Part shown: positions 1 through 12,379 of the stretch, one piece after another | Numbering within the stretch: position 1 is the stretch's first letter | Layout of the letters: each line of letters begins with the position of its first letter | Assembly (NCBI GenBank): GCA_951406725.2 | Contig: OX597814.1 | Span: forward strand, 95,046,001 to 95,110,000 | Source: Octopus vulgaris | Lineage: Eukaryota | Direction: 5' to 3' | DNA: 64,000 nt | Translations under genes and position numbers: made by a program | The notes under the pieces: generated by a model | The model's input: only the letters and a program-made list of their open reading frames with translations | Databases searched by the model: none | Told to the model about the DNA's origin: nothing

Positions 1-1489
1 ATTATGAATCTTAACCTAGGTTTTGTTCACTGCATCTTTTGGTCGACTGTACACATTAGTAGATGTGATGAAATGGCTGATGACAACTGAATTAGTGAAA
101 TTGCGCTCGACACACTATCAGACATGAATTGCTATTCACCATACATCAGAATGGCCTGTTTTTTTTATGTTCACGAAGGAGAATTAGAATATGTGTCACC
201 GATGGAAATAAGCTGTTCTCTTTTGTTTAGGATTTTAATGGATGCAGATAAACAATGTTAAAATTTCTCAGTATGTCCGATATCTCAGTATTTCAGTCCT
301 CACAATATTCCAATTAATTCTAGTGATTTTGGTGGGATCTCCTTAATCTCTTGTCCTCAAAATAGAATTTGAAATTGATACAGCAGTCTTCAGGAATCGA
401 TTATTGAATGAGCCATGGTGCTACTGTGTGTGCCTTTTAAATGAATATCCCATGTGTGTTGGTTGATGTGTGGTAAATAGAAATATAGCATGCAATACTA
501 TTTTTCTGAAAATTTTCTTGGGAGTGATCAGCGCTCCATATAATTGCAATTGGCAATCAGCTGAACTGTGGAATTGACCGGTAAACTGTTTGGGGTTTGT
601 TTTGGTCCAGGCCTCCATGTGAATCGGTGACAAGGTGGTACTCAGAAATGAGATGCTCAGAAGTTATTCCTTGAAAATCGGATATCGATGGGGAACGAAA
701 AGAAAAATTAGTTAGTGCCCTAAGTAACCCCCTTTTATGGTAGGGGTTCTTTTCCGGGGCAATACTTAATATATTAGAACTATTGTCTTTGTATATATGT
801 TTCTTTCGTCAGAAGATCCATCCACTATTAACGTTCATTGTGACAACCCCTCGTGGTTGATGATGCGCAGTAATAGGTAGAGATTATGTCACCTGCTGAA
901 TTTTCTGGACAGGGAGCAAGTGTAGTGGTCTTTCTGTTACGTTTTGTATTTCGAAAAGGGAATCTGATTTATCATACAAACCGCAGTTTACTCATCATAT
1001 GATATATAGAATAGAGATAGAGCTGGACTATATGCTTAAATCAAAATAACTTTCCCACAAAACAAAATTTCGAAATACAAACCAAAATTACTTCTATTTT
1101 ATGCAAATCAGAAATAGAAAAGGCTGAGATTCCCTGGCTTCTATAATTTCAGAAATATCAAACATTCAATCAAGCAAACAAACGTTAAAAACAGTGACAC
1201 CTACTATTTGGGAAGTTGGATATCTTAGCTATGAAGTAATGCTTACGATGTACAACATGTATGCTTAAAACTTTTTGTAGACTTAGATTTTCAGAATAAT
1301 TCAAATTGGAATTAAGTATTTTCTTATGATTTGAGTCAGAGAGGAAAGCAGTGCCAACTGCTTATATGAAAAGAGAAATGCATCCTCTAACTGGAAACCT
1401 GACCAAAATGGAATGAACCCCCACGAAAGGCACCCAATGACCAGGTGATGCTGCCAAACCGCGTGACGGATTAAGTCTGCGACTCAAGT

Positions 1490-1735
1490 AGCCAAGGCGG
1501 GATTTGAGCTCACAACACAAACAGCCGAAACAAATACAAAAAGACATCTGTCCAACGTTAATGAATCTACCAATTCCACTGTTTTTTACTGGTACTTTAT
1601 TTTATCGACCCAGAAAAATAAATGATAAAGTTGATAAAGTTGACCGCGGCGGGATTCGAATACAAAACACAAGAGACCAAATAAACAACCGCAACGCATT
1701 TCATTCCATGATCTGACGAACGACTACCGTTATTT
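1490..1735 (-). mobile_element. Decayed SINE family B fragments
   Basis: Diverged match to the family B core (actggtactttattttatcgaccc...aaagttgacc.cggcgggattcgaa) seen intact elsewhere in the window. Confidence 0.5.
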
Positions 1736-2149
1736 CGTCATCTAAACTTAGAATATGACCTTTCTTCAATGGTATACAATTATATTTCTTACTCTGCTGT
1801 GCTTTAAATTATGTCTCCGTCTTCTCGTCATCACTTCGCTGTTATTAAAATTACCTCATCTCACTCAAGGGAACTATAATTTGCAGATTTATAGTAATGT
1901 TTACATAGATTCATTAAATCAAATTTCTTTCATTGCTCTAATGGAAACTACTATTTACGTTGATTATAGACATTTAAGCTTTAAATATTTATTTATTTAG
2001 GAATATAATTACTTGCGAAAATCTTGATATATTTTTATAGCATAGATGTGCTTGAATTCATATATTACACATGTATGCACATGCCCGTGTGCACACATAC
2101 ATACATTGATGCATATAATTACACACACAACAAACACGTATATATATAT

Positions 2150-2563
2150 GCGCAGGAGTGGCTGTGTGATAAGTAGCTTGCTTACTAACCACATGGTTCC
2201 GGGTTCAGTCCCACTACGTGGCATCTTTGACAGGTGTCTTCTACTATAGCCTCGGGCCGACCAAAACCTTGTGAGTGGATTTGGTAGACGGAAACTGAAA
2301 GAAGCTCGTCGTATATGTAAGTGTGTGTGTGTATGTGTGTGTGTATGTTTGTGCGTCTGTGATTGCCACCCACCCCCCAACATTGCTTGAAAACTGATGC
2401 CGGTGTGTTTATGTCCCCGTAACTTAGCGGTTCGGCAAAAGAAACCTATAGAATAAGTACTAGACATACAAAGAATAAGTCGCGGGGTCAATTTGCTCGA
2501 CTAAAGGCGGTGCTCCAGCATTGCCACAGTCAAATGACTGAAACAAGTGAAAGAGTAAAGAGA

Positions 2564-2565
<2 letters not shown>
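2150..2565 (+). mobile_element. tRNA-derived SINE family A (octopus-type, internal TA/TG microsatellite), full length
   Basis: Pol III A-box-like tggctgtgtgataag and B-box-like gggttcagtccc, conserved body, internal (tg)n, tail aaatgactgaaacaagt(aaagag)n; more than 10 homologous copies in the window. Confidence 0.9.
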
Positions 2566-2606
<41 letters not shown>

Positions 2607-2671
2607 AGTCCTAATCAGATGATGCTTTGAAACTCAGCCTTCAGATTTGTCTCGATTGCTTTGTGGCGTAA

Positions 2672-3071
2672 GGCAGCGAGCTGGCAGAAACGTTTGCACG
2701 CCGGACGAAATGCTTAGCGGTATTTCGTCTGCCGCTACGTTCTGAGTTCAAATTCCGCCGCGGTCGACTTTGCCTTTCATCCTTTCGGGGTCGATTAAAT
2801 AAGTACCAGTTACGTACTGGGGTCGATATAATCGACTTAATCTGTTTGTCTGTCCTTGTTTGTCTCCTCTGCGTTTAGCTCCTTGTGGGTAGTAAAGAAA
2901 TAGGTATATTGTCTGTTTTTACGTTCTGAGTTCAAAATCCGCGGAGGTCGACTTTGCCTTTCATCCTTTCGGGGTCAATAAATTAAGTACCAGTTGCATA
3001 CTGGGGTCGAACTAATCGACTGGCCTCCTCCCCCAGAATTTCGGGCCTTGTACCTAGAGTAGAAAAGATTT
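2672..3071 (+). mobile_element. tRNA-derived SINE family B, dimeric, with target-site duplication
   Basis: Head ggcagcgagctggcagaaacg; two copies of core gagttcaaattccgcc..gtcgactttgcctttcatcctttcggggtc (resembles the Nin/Sauria-type SINE core); TSD ctttgtggcgta at 2659-2670 and 3072-3083. Confidence 0.9.
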
Positions 3072-3920
3072 CTTTGTGGCGTATCTTTTCTCAATCAAGA
3101 GTAAATCACTATCTCGCAAATATTTCCGCGACAACTTCAGAATACATAGTTAAAATTTTTCTTCTACAGTTGTCATTTTCAATTATCACTTAATTGAAGA
3201 AGTTGAAAAGAGATTAATATTCATGAAAGAAAACTTGTCAATACTAATATTTAATTGACAAATTAATTAAGCCTGTATATACTGCTACAGTGCACTTTAT
3301 CATGGCTACATCCCAGGTTATTTATGCTTAAATAAAAACTCATTATAAACATCTTATTTATGCTTATATGCATACCATAACAAGAACAATTCAATCAATA
3401 TACGCTTAAAATTCTGTCTTCCCCTTCTCTCTATCACCTTCTCCTTCTCTTCAGTTTGCTCAGTATTTTGAGTCTCTCCCTCTCTCTCTCACTCACTCTC
3501 TCTTTCTCTCTTTCTTCACTTACTCTCTTCTATGTGTTTCAACTTACTCTCCGCTCTCCTCTCCACTTGCTCTTTCTCCCTCCTCCGTTTGCTTCCCTGT
3601 CTCTTCTTCCATATCCCCATTGTTTTTTCACCTTCCTTCCTTCTCTTTCTCTCTCTTCCTCTATCCATCAGTCGATCTATCTATCTTTCTGCACACACGA
3701 GCCAATCACATGTGCAGTCACACGCCACGAAGAAAGGAATAAGAACAATAGTTAAGATATCGAGGAACTGAAAGAGTGCTAAAATAGAATTGTTCCTCTG
3801 AGCGTGGAGAACGATCCATTTAATAACCTGATTGCAGCAACTCTGAAAAGTAACGGATTTACTAGATTTGCAGCGCAAATAGGGCGAGAAATGAGTGAAT
3901 TTATCCTCTCCTATGCACTC

Positions 3921-4013
3921 ATCTTGGGCAAGTGCCTTCTATAGCCTCGGGCCGACCAAAGCCTTGTGAGTAGATTTGGTAGACGGAAACTGAAAGAATC
4001 CCATCGTATATAC

Positions 4014-4061
<48 letters not shown>

Positions 4062-4237
4062 ATATGTGTGTGTGTGCGTCTGTGTATGTGTGTGTGTGTG
4101 TGCGTGTGTGTGTTTGTGCGTCTGTGTCTGTCCCCCAACATTGCTTGACAACTGATGCTGGTGTGTTTATGTCCCCCGTAACTTAGCGGTTTGGCAAAAA
4201 AGACCGATAGAATACGTACTAGACTTACAAAGAATAA
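3921..4237 (+). mobile_element. SINE family A, truncated at both ends
   Basis: Homology to 2150-2565 from cttgggcaagtg to agacttacaaagaataa, internal (ta)n(tg)n. Confidence 0.85.
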
Positions 4238-4464
4238 TGAAATGAAGACAACAACGACAGTGCTACCACCTTTTTATATCTGCTGCTGCAGGTATTCACT
4301 GAAATGCACAAACTGAAAAAGGAAAGACCCCCAAGAGAAGCAGACTCTACACCGTCAATCAGAACAGCAGTGAAATAAACAGAACCAACCGAAAGACTAA
4401 TGAAACTGGATTTAAAGTCAAAACTACTAAAAATAAAACGGAAAACAACGAGAAAACACTACAT

Positions 4465-4565
4465 GAAACGCGAACCATCAGCAAATTCTGCATAAAAGGT
4501 GTCTGCTGACATGGAGAGATTGGAACAAACAGCCGCTTTGCGCATCCAAAGCTTAGGCAAAATGG
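4465..4565 (+). pseudogene. Decayed CCCH zinc-finger relic, probably LINE (CR1/L2-type) ORF1
   Basis: Translates ETRTISKFCIKGVC*HGEIGTNSRFAHPKLRQ, resembling CKFYxKGxCxHGxxGxxCxFxHPKxC with mutated Cys and a stop. Confidence 0.4.
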
Positions 4566-4632
4566 AACTCAAAGTATTAACCACTACTTATTCAACCAAC
4601 AAGCATTAAATTAGGTTACGTAAAAGAAATAG

Positions 4633-4846
4633 TCCTTTCTACTATATGCACAAGACCCGAAATTTTGGGAGAAAGGGTTAGTCGATTACATCGATCCCAG
4701 AGCTCGACTGGTACTTATTTTATTGACCCTGGAAGGATAAAAGGTAAAGTTGACTTCGGTGGAATTTTAACTCAGAACGTAAAGCTAGAAGAAATGCCAC
4801 GAAGCATTCTGTCTGTCGTGCTAATTATTTTGCCAGCTCTCCGGTT
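4633..4846 (-). mobile_element. SINE family B monomer
   Basis: Reverse-complement match to head, core and type-2 tail of 2672-3071. Confidence 0.8.
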
Positions 4847-4974
4847 AAATGAAATAGTTATTACCGGAAATGAAACCGAGATAATAGATTCAGCTCACGG
4901 GAAGATGACTCTTTATTTTAGGATAACCGTCATATATACTCCCTGTCAATACGAAAAAACAACATTATACGAAC

Positions 4975-5165
4975 CATAAAGAAGCTTCTACGCTCAACCA
5001 GCTATAAATAGATTCCAAATCTCCCTAACATCACATCGTATCGTCTTAAAGAGGCAGAACATTTTGGACAATGTAATCGTATGTACTAAAACGCATCGTT
5101 AAAGCAAGAATGTTTTGATCTTGGAATTTTTAAATCAGGACTACCCTGGAGCTAAACTATAACTG
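4975..5165. repeat. Interspersed repeat family D (unclassified, SINE-like)
   Basis: Diverged reverse-complement similarity to 18140-18335; further pieces near 5700-5775, 6735-6850 and 25355-25420. Confidence 0.5.
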
Positions 5166-5349
5166 CAACAAATTAAACACCTGCAAAAGTCTTAATATTT
5201 TGGAAACATTTTCATTCGTGATTAAATCAAATTATTTATTGCGTTCACGTTTTTGTTTAACAGACATTATGTTTATTCATAACGAAAATTTAATAATCAA
5301 TATTTCTGCAATAATTTATTTTATATTTTATTAAATACTTTTAATCATT

Positions 5350-5610
5350 TTATTGGCAAATTTTTCTGTAACACTGGCTCTAAATGTTACCATTCTTCTT
5401 CCGAACTGCCACAAATACAGATTCGTTACTTCTGAAAGTTCTTGAATTCAGTTTTAATTTAACGATCTGCCATAAATTTCCAATAGGATTTAGATCTGCA
5501 TATTCTCCAGGCCAGTGCAAAGTCTCGAGTTCATGATTTTGGTAAACGGTTTGATTAATTTGGCAGGATAACCATTATTATGGTATATTGCCGTTGTGGA
5601 TTGAATTATA
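5350..5610 (-). pseudogene. Tc1-family transposase C-terminal relic
   Basis: Minus strand ELETLHWPGEYADLNPIGNLWQIVK matches the Tc1 motif WPxxSPDLNPIENLW. Confidence 0.7.
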
Positions 5611-5929
5611 AGTAATATCTCTGAAAGATATTTTTGTGAAATGTCGTCCTTGTTAATATCATCATCGTCGCCATCATTGCCGTTATTGTTGTTGTTGTTT
5701 GTTGTTGCTTGACACCGAGTTGGCTCTGATCAGCCAGACATATGGTCAAAGGTATTCAAACCATGATCCCTCCACCACCACCATCACCAAATACTATATT
5801 GCAAACTATATTATTTGATGCATGTTTTTAAGACATCTTTTATTGTTTTCCCCCAAACTGAATAGCTGGAAATATTTCTGTAATGATTTGTACTGGATGA
5901 AGGACCAGTTTTGTAAAGTAAATTGTATT

Positions 5930-5982
<53 letters not shown>

Positions 5983-6071
5983 TATACATATGTGATGTGC
6001 ATATACATAAATAGAAACAATCTTACATCCAGATTCTCCAACCCATATCAGCACAGGAATCAAACATTGGA

Positions 6072-6480
6072 TTGAAAGAACTGAACAGCGGTATAGATGT
6101 CAACACATTTTTTCTTCTTTCTCTCAACCTTCTTTCTTTCCTTCTCTTTTCCATTGACACTCCTTTCAGATACACAGGCACTCACACACACACGCACACA
6201 TACACACACACACACAAAAACACACACACACTCTCTCACACGGACAACAATAAAAAGAAATCCATACAATTTTTTGAAAAATAACATTTATCAAAGCAAA
6301 ACCCACCCCCTTAGAGTAGCCATCTGGTTTTGCCATTTCTAAAGGCCAAGAATCACTTTCTATTAAAAGAACTGACCAGCTGTATAGATGTAAACACATT
6401 TTTCTTCTTTCTCTCTTCCTTCTTCCTTTCCTTTTCTTTTCCATTGACACTTCTTTCAGATACAAAGGCACACACACACA
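6072..6480. repeat. Diverged local duplication (two ~120-bp copies about 290 bp apart)
   Basis: aaagaactga.cagc.gtatagatgt.aacacatttt...ccattgacact.ctttcagataca.aggcac at ~6074 and ~6365. Confidence 0.75.
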
Positions 6481-7094
6481 TGTACTCTCTCTCACTTTTT
6501 CCTCATTCCTCACCATCTTTTGCTATCCTATATATCTCTCCACCCTTACACACTCAATAGTACTATAAAAAGAGACGAATCTCCTCAAAAAATTCAATCT
6601 GTATATATATGTATGTGTGTATAACCCGAACTTCAGTTTCCGTCAACCAAGTCCACTCACAAAGCCTTGATCGGCCCGAAGTTATAGCAGAAGACACTTG
6701 GCTCTTGATAGTCCAGCTTGGGATCTGATTTTAAAGCATTTCGGTTGCTATTTCTAGCAGATAAAACTTGGTTGATTCACATCATCTTGGTTGTCAGACG
6801 GCATTAGATATCAAGGGAGAGATTTGCTTCGTTAATTTTACGTCGAGATAATAACTTTGGGACGAATCGGCCAACTTGGAATTCAACTTGGGACTGGAAC
6901 AATAGAATGATTGCATTACAGAATTAATTCTCATCCATCCTTAACCTCCGATTAAACACGACGGGGGTATGTAGTTATTATAGGCGTATTATAGTCATGC
7001 TCTTTAGCTCTCTTTAGTTATGGGCCACACGCTCAATTAGCCATCTGCGCAAGCTAACTGAAAAGTCCGCACGGAGTGCGGCTTTTAGACTAGT

Positions 7095-7154
<60 letters not shown>

Positions 7155-7159
7155 CCACA

Positions 7160-7390
7160 CAAGTGTGGTTGCTTTTGTGTCTATGTTTGCCCCCATCCTC
7201 AACACCGATTGACAACAAGTGTTGTCTTTTTATGTCTTCGTATCTTTGTAGTTCGGCAACAGACACCTGTAGAATAAGTACCAGACTTTAAAAATAAGTG
7301 CTGTAAGTAATGGGTTTGTCCGACTAGACCCATCGAAATGTTACCACCCAATTTGGCCGCAGGACAACTAATGCAACAAGTAAATGATAA
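7160..7390 (+). mobile_element. SINE family A 3' half, old
   Basis: gttcggcaac..agaataagtaccagac..tggccgcag..gcaacaagtaaa matches the family A 3' half. Confidence 0.6.
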
Positions 7391-8351
7391 TATATTCTCC
7401 TTTTTTTTTTTTTGTCATCTTTTCTAGTGTAAATTTCGATAAGGGCTTGTTGTTTCCTTTCTGTCAGTGGGAGTAAGTTTTAGAAGTCTCCTCATCTCAG
7501 CATCTTCGAGCCTTTTATCTGAATTTTTGTTGTATGTTGGTAAATGAGATATCTAACTATCTTTCTTGCAGATACGTTTTGATGTTGTTGAATATATGTA
7601 CGGCAATGCTTTTTCATAAAGCGAAAAAAGAAACAATTTTTGCTTTGAAAATATATATTTCAATAAAGGCAAGCCGTCAGATCTAAAATATATCAACCTT
7701 ATGCAATATGATCCCAAATAAAGAACGATGAGGATGAATATTAAACACGAATGGAAAGAACTTCACATGACTAAAGCAATGAAAATATAACAAGAAACTC
7801 TATTTGATATAGATTTTACATCTTATTGGGAATTTCACGTGTAAGCAATATTTCTTATAGGATGGCTGTGTGTGTGCATGTGTATGTGCATCTCTGTGTC
7901 CTTTTGTGCATATGTGTGTGTGTAATAATGTACGTGTTTATATATACATTTATATATATGCATATTTTTATAAATATATTTTATATATAGTTATATATAT
8001 ATGGTTTTATATATAGTTATATATATGGTTTTTATATATATATATATATATATATCGTATGTTTATACGTATTTAGGCAAAGCCTGTACAAAGCAAATTG
8101 AAATATTAGAGTGAAAATGGAAGTAAAGAAGGTGGAACAACAGTCTACACATTGCCTTATATATCTATATTTCTAGCTTTATATTGTTTTATATTCCTAT
8201 TCAGCAATTTCCACCGTTTTCTCCTCACGAACTGGTATTAACACCGAAATAGGGAAATAGAAGGTAAAGTGAAAACTATTGTTTTGCCATCTTTATTTGT
8301 TTTCTCTACTATATTCCAATTTGCATTGTATTGTCTTTGAACAGTTTTAGC

Positions 8352-8352
<1 letters not shown>

Positions 8353-8429
<77 letters not shown>

Positions 8430-8430
8430 G
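8353..8430. repeat. (GATA)n(GACA)n microsatellite at LINE 3' junction
   Basis: Direct reading. Confidence 0.95.
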
Positions 8431-8553
8431 AGTTCTTTATTAGCCGCACATGGCCGAACACAGAGGGGACAAAGCGCTCTCTCTCTCTCTTTCTCTCACT
8501 CTCACTCTCTCACTCTCACTCTCTCACTCTCTCTCTTTTTCTCTCTCTCTCTA

Positions 8554-8598
<45 letters not shown>

Positions 8599-8613
8599 CT
8601 CTCTCTCTTGGAT

Positions 8614-11252
8614 TTAAAGGATCATGCTCAAAGTGGTTTCGTCATTCACGCATACCATCTTTGCTACATTCACCCACCTTTTGTTGAAACTTTCATTAGA
8701 AAAAACTTCCCGCTCTATTGTCACCTTTCTATTCAAGTGGTACTTGAAAAAGTTGATGAGCGATTGGCCAGAGAGAAAAGTGTTTGTCTCTAAACCTTTC
8801 GCACGAATCCACCATACACATTCTTTCACCATAGCCACCAGTACAATGAAAACTGCCTTGCCTTCCCGGTTAAAGGAAAGTGGCGGGGCAATATTTCCGA
8901 TACACTCGACGTGTCCTACACGTGACAACAGTCGTTCGACATAAGCCCACAGGTCTGAAATGGTTGGACACTGCTCGAGTGCGTGCAGGACGGTTTCGTC
9001 GCTCTGACCGCATTTCGAGCAAGTCTCGAACCGTACCTGTGGAGCTTATCCTGAACCGACAATGCTTCCCGATAGCACTGCCAGGCCAGGGATCTCTGGT
9101 GATTGTCCATAGATCCCGACCCGAAAGTGGTCTTGAACAGGTCTTGCTTCTTCAGGTGCCGAGCCGCAAGCCCACTGACTTTTCCGGGTTAATTTTCGCT
9201 CCTGTTACCGCTTTGTATTCTTTTAGTGCCTCGCTCACCAGATCGATATGCCTGTGACTCGACACAATGACGGTGACGTCGTCCGCGTATGCAGACACGC
9301 TCCTCCCGCATCCCAGTTCTCGCGGGATGCCTCTCAGTGTCGCCAGCTTCCACAGTGGTGGGGTCTAGAGTCAATATGTACAGAAGCGACGAGAGGGGGC
9401 ATTTTTGATGGACCGAACGCGTGATGTTAAATGGTCTGGATAGATGACCATTTATGTGAACCACCGAGCGGATGCCACTGTATAAGGCAGCGATCCAACC
9501 GCAGAAGACGGGACCGAAACCAGCCGCCCTAAGGAAAGCCTCCAGGTAACGATAATCGACCCTATCAAAAGCTTTCGATTGATCCAAATTGATCAGCACC
9601 CCACTCACGCCAGGTTCCTTAACTACCTTGTCAATGAAGTAGCGCATCAGATGGAGGTTGTCATGGATACCCCTGCCCGGCACAGCACATGTTTGCGCCT
9701 TGTCGACCAGTTTCTGATAACAAGCGCCAACCTCTCGGTTAGCACCTTGGCCAAAATCTTCAAATCTGCGTTGAGCAGAGTGATGGGCCAGAAGTTATCT
9801 ATAACGTTCCCCTTGTTTAGATCTTTCTTTAGCAATGCCACCGCTTCTCGGCTCACAGAACTGGGGCTACTCCCGTTTTGCTGCCAGTTGCAGTAGACTG
9901 CTGCCAAGACGCCTCCAAACAAGTCTGGCATATGACAATAAATCTCGTAGGGTAGACTATCCAAGCCTGGCGACTTGTCTCCTGCGCAGCCTGCCATCGC
10001 ATCCCGTATGTCTGCGGCTGTGATATGTCTTTCACAACACTCTGCCTCTCTTGCCGAGAGTCGTTGTAGGCCATGCAGGTAGGCACTAAAGTCCACTCTG
10101 CGTTCTGACCCACCAGTTATCTCGAACAGTTGGGCAAAGTGCTGTTGAAAGGCCTCACACATCCTTTCGGGCTCAAGTAATTCGGCCCCTGTTCATTTGT
10201 CAGAGACCTAATAGTGGCTTCGTTGCCTCGTTGCGCCTCCGCCTATCGAATAACTCGTTTCTCAGAGCACGCATCCTAGCTCTGACAACGCAGGGCGAAC
10301 CTCTGTGCCAGCACGTTGGACGCGATGCCACTTCTATGTGCCTCTTCTAATTTCTTAACTCCCTCTATTCTATTTCGATCTATCGCTAGAGCCTTAACCG
10401 ATTCTGCTTTAATTGCTTTTTTTAGGGCATACTACCATCAATCGTTGACGATGGCTCCCGTCAATGCCCTCTTAGCTAATGTGCTAATCCGGTCTCTGTA
10501 AGCCTGTCGCGCTGTGAACGACGCGTTCAGTTTCCATTCTTATCTAAGTCAAACGTACAAGTCACGATTTTGTGATATGTGTAGCTGACTATATGAAAGT
10601 GTGAACAATCTACACTATCCCTATCCACTGCCCAACAGAATACTCTATCTAAATACGATCTGGACGACCCGATGCGGTTACTCCATGTTCACATTGGTAC
10701 ATTCGGGTGGTCCAGTTGGTACCTGTCAGACAGTTGGAAACATCTGAGCAGGTCTTTGAGGCATTTAAATTCCCTCCTATTCCTATCTCTACCTACGTAG
10801 TCTAGATGCGTGTTCAAGGTAGCGTTCCAATCCCTTACTAAAAGTAAAGGAAGAGACATTCACAGGAAAACCTCTAGGCGTCGAAAGAAATCCGGTCAAC
10901 CTGTTAAGGACGGTGCATAAACTGTTATCAGTTGAAAAGCACACCCATTACTGCCATCGATATCCAAGACGACCAGCCTACCCTCCGGGTCTAGGAATAT
11001 TGCTCTTGCTTTGAGATCCATACTATTCCGAAAAAGCGCCGCGGTACCACCTCCGCCCCTTCTCGGCAGACACGGAGAAAAATATATATCGAATTGTCCG
11101 CTGAACATGTGCTGGAGAGCCCGTGGGTTATGGAGTCTGGCCTCACTGATGGCTATAATATGCACATTCTGTGACTTGATGTCATTTAACAGGTAGCCTT
11201 GTTTCCAAGGCGACCCCAAGCCACACACATTTATACAACCTATTCTAAGCAT
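8614..11252 (-). pseudogene. LINE ORF2 (APE endonuclease-reverse transcriptase), disrupted
   Basis: MLRIGCINVCGL..IIAISEARL (APE); KSPGLDSLPYE, WPITLLNADLKILAK, GRGIHDN, LDQSKAFDRV, QKCPLS, VSAYADDVTV (~9270-9300), INPEKS; C-terminus ...FNKRWVNVAK; region between thumb and C-terminus largely deleted. Confidence 0.9.
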
Positions 11253-11320
11253 GTTCCTCTCGAAAGTTGTGTTTTACACACAAAAAGAAAAGGAAAAGAA
11301 TGAGAGAGAGACAGAGAGAG

Positions 11321-12379
11321 TCACTTACTGTTCAAAAGTTGGTTGTTCTCCTCCTCACAATCTTCTCTCAAGAGGTTTTTGTACTTTCGTTTTTGATAAG
11401 TACTTTTGAAATTTCCCTACTGCATCAGTAGGGAAATTTCAGTGTGTTGTGTGTGTTTTGTGTCACGTGTAGGATTTTTTTATGTGTTGCGGTGGTGTTG
11501 TGCGTGGGTGATTGTTTGTTTTGAGATTGTCTTGTGTTATGTTGGTGTTTGACCTAATGTATTGCATTAGGTCTGAATTGTTTGTGTTTATTGCTGTCAA
11601 CATTGTGGGGCTATTTGATGTTTGTGTGTTTGTAGTGTTGGTCTTAATGCTTTTATATTGTGCGGGAGTTTTGTTCTCGGGAGTGGTGAATCTCCTTGCT
11701 TTGTTTGATTATGTGACTCTTCTTTGCTCTCCCCTTTTTCTTCTTCCCAACTGTGGCTATTTGCCATTCTTCAATATCACCTTCGTCAGACGATATGTCG
11801 GAGGAATCAGGAGAAGGGAGGGGAAGGATACTGGGATCGATTTGTGATTGTGTTGTTGATATTGATGTTGTTGGTGTTGGTTGCTGGTTATTGGGATGTG
11901 ATGTATGGGTTTTGGGGGATGAGATGTTAGTTTTTCCCTTTTTTCCCTCTGGGTTGGATGCTTCTGTAGTTGTTGGTGGTGATGGTGATGGTGCTGTCTC
12001 TGTACTTGATGGCGCTGATGGTGGTGGTGTTTGGCTAGGCTGGCATGTTGGCCGGGGAAGCTCTTTCATTTGCTTCATCAGTTATGTTGCTGGCGGTGAG
12101 GGTAGCAGTACTGGTTTGCCTTTCGGTTTTTGGTTTTGTTGTTGTTCCAGTTGTTGTTGCTCTTCTTCTTCTTTTGCTAATTGGTAGTCTTTTTTGAGAT
12201 GATATCTTCAACCACAAAGGTAGCAGCGTGGCCTTCTGCCTTCAACGGTCACGTATAGGGTTGTTCTATCTGAAAGTTGAATCACATCTGGGAGATTTTC
12301 GATTGTCTCCTGATTTGCCTGAATCAACAAATCCAACCCCTGTCCAATCCAATTTTGTTGTTCCAGGACGGCAATTTCT
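11321..12379 (-). pseudogene. LINE ORF1 (gag-like, CCHC knuckle), partial and disrupted
   Basis: LYVTVEGRRPRCYLCG*RYHLKKD is a degenerate CX2CX4HX4C knuckle, followed by a Pro/Ser/Thr-rich disordered tail typical of Tx1/L1 ORF1. Confidence 0.75.

Larger units (their letters stand above)
8431..12379 (-). mobile_element. Tx1/L1-clade non-LTR retrotransposon, 5'-truncated, internally deleted, inactive
   Basis: ORF1 zinc knuckle, ORF2 APE endonuclease plus RT, (AG)n-containing 3' UTR ending ...cggctAATAAAgaa; many stops and frameshifts. Confidence 0.9.

Noticed and set aside
1-700. Balanced-composition sequence with a 70-aa ORF
   Set aside because: No recognisable motif in the frames I translated; may be an old TE but cannot be assigned
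3695-3730. CCAAT box, E-box and CCACG after a pyrimidine tract (ERSE-like promoter)
   Set aside because: CCAAT-to-CCACG spacing is 18, not 9, and no linked gene; short motifs occur by chance
8221-8255. ctcacga..ggt-attaac-acc-gaaa hammerhead-like remnant
   Set aside because: Catalytically required G5 is missing and no helix I or III support
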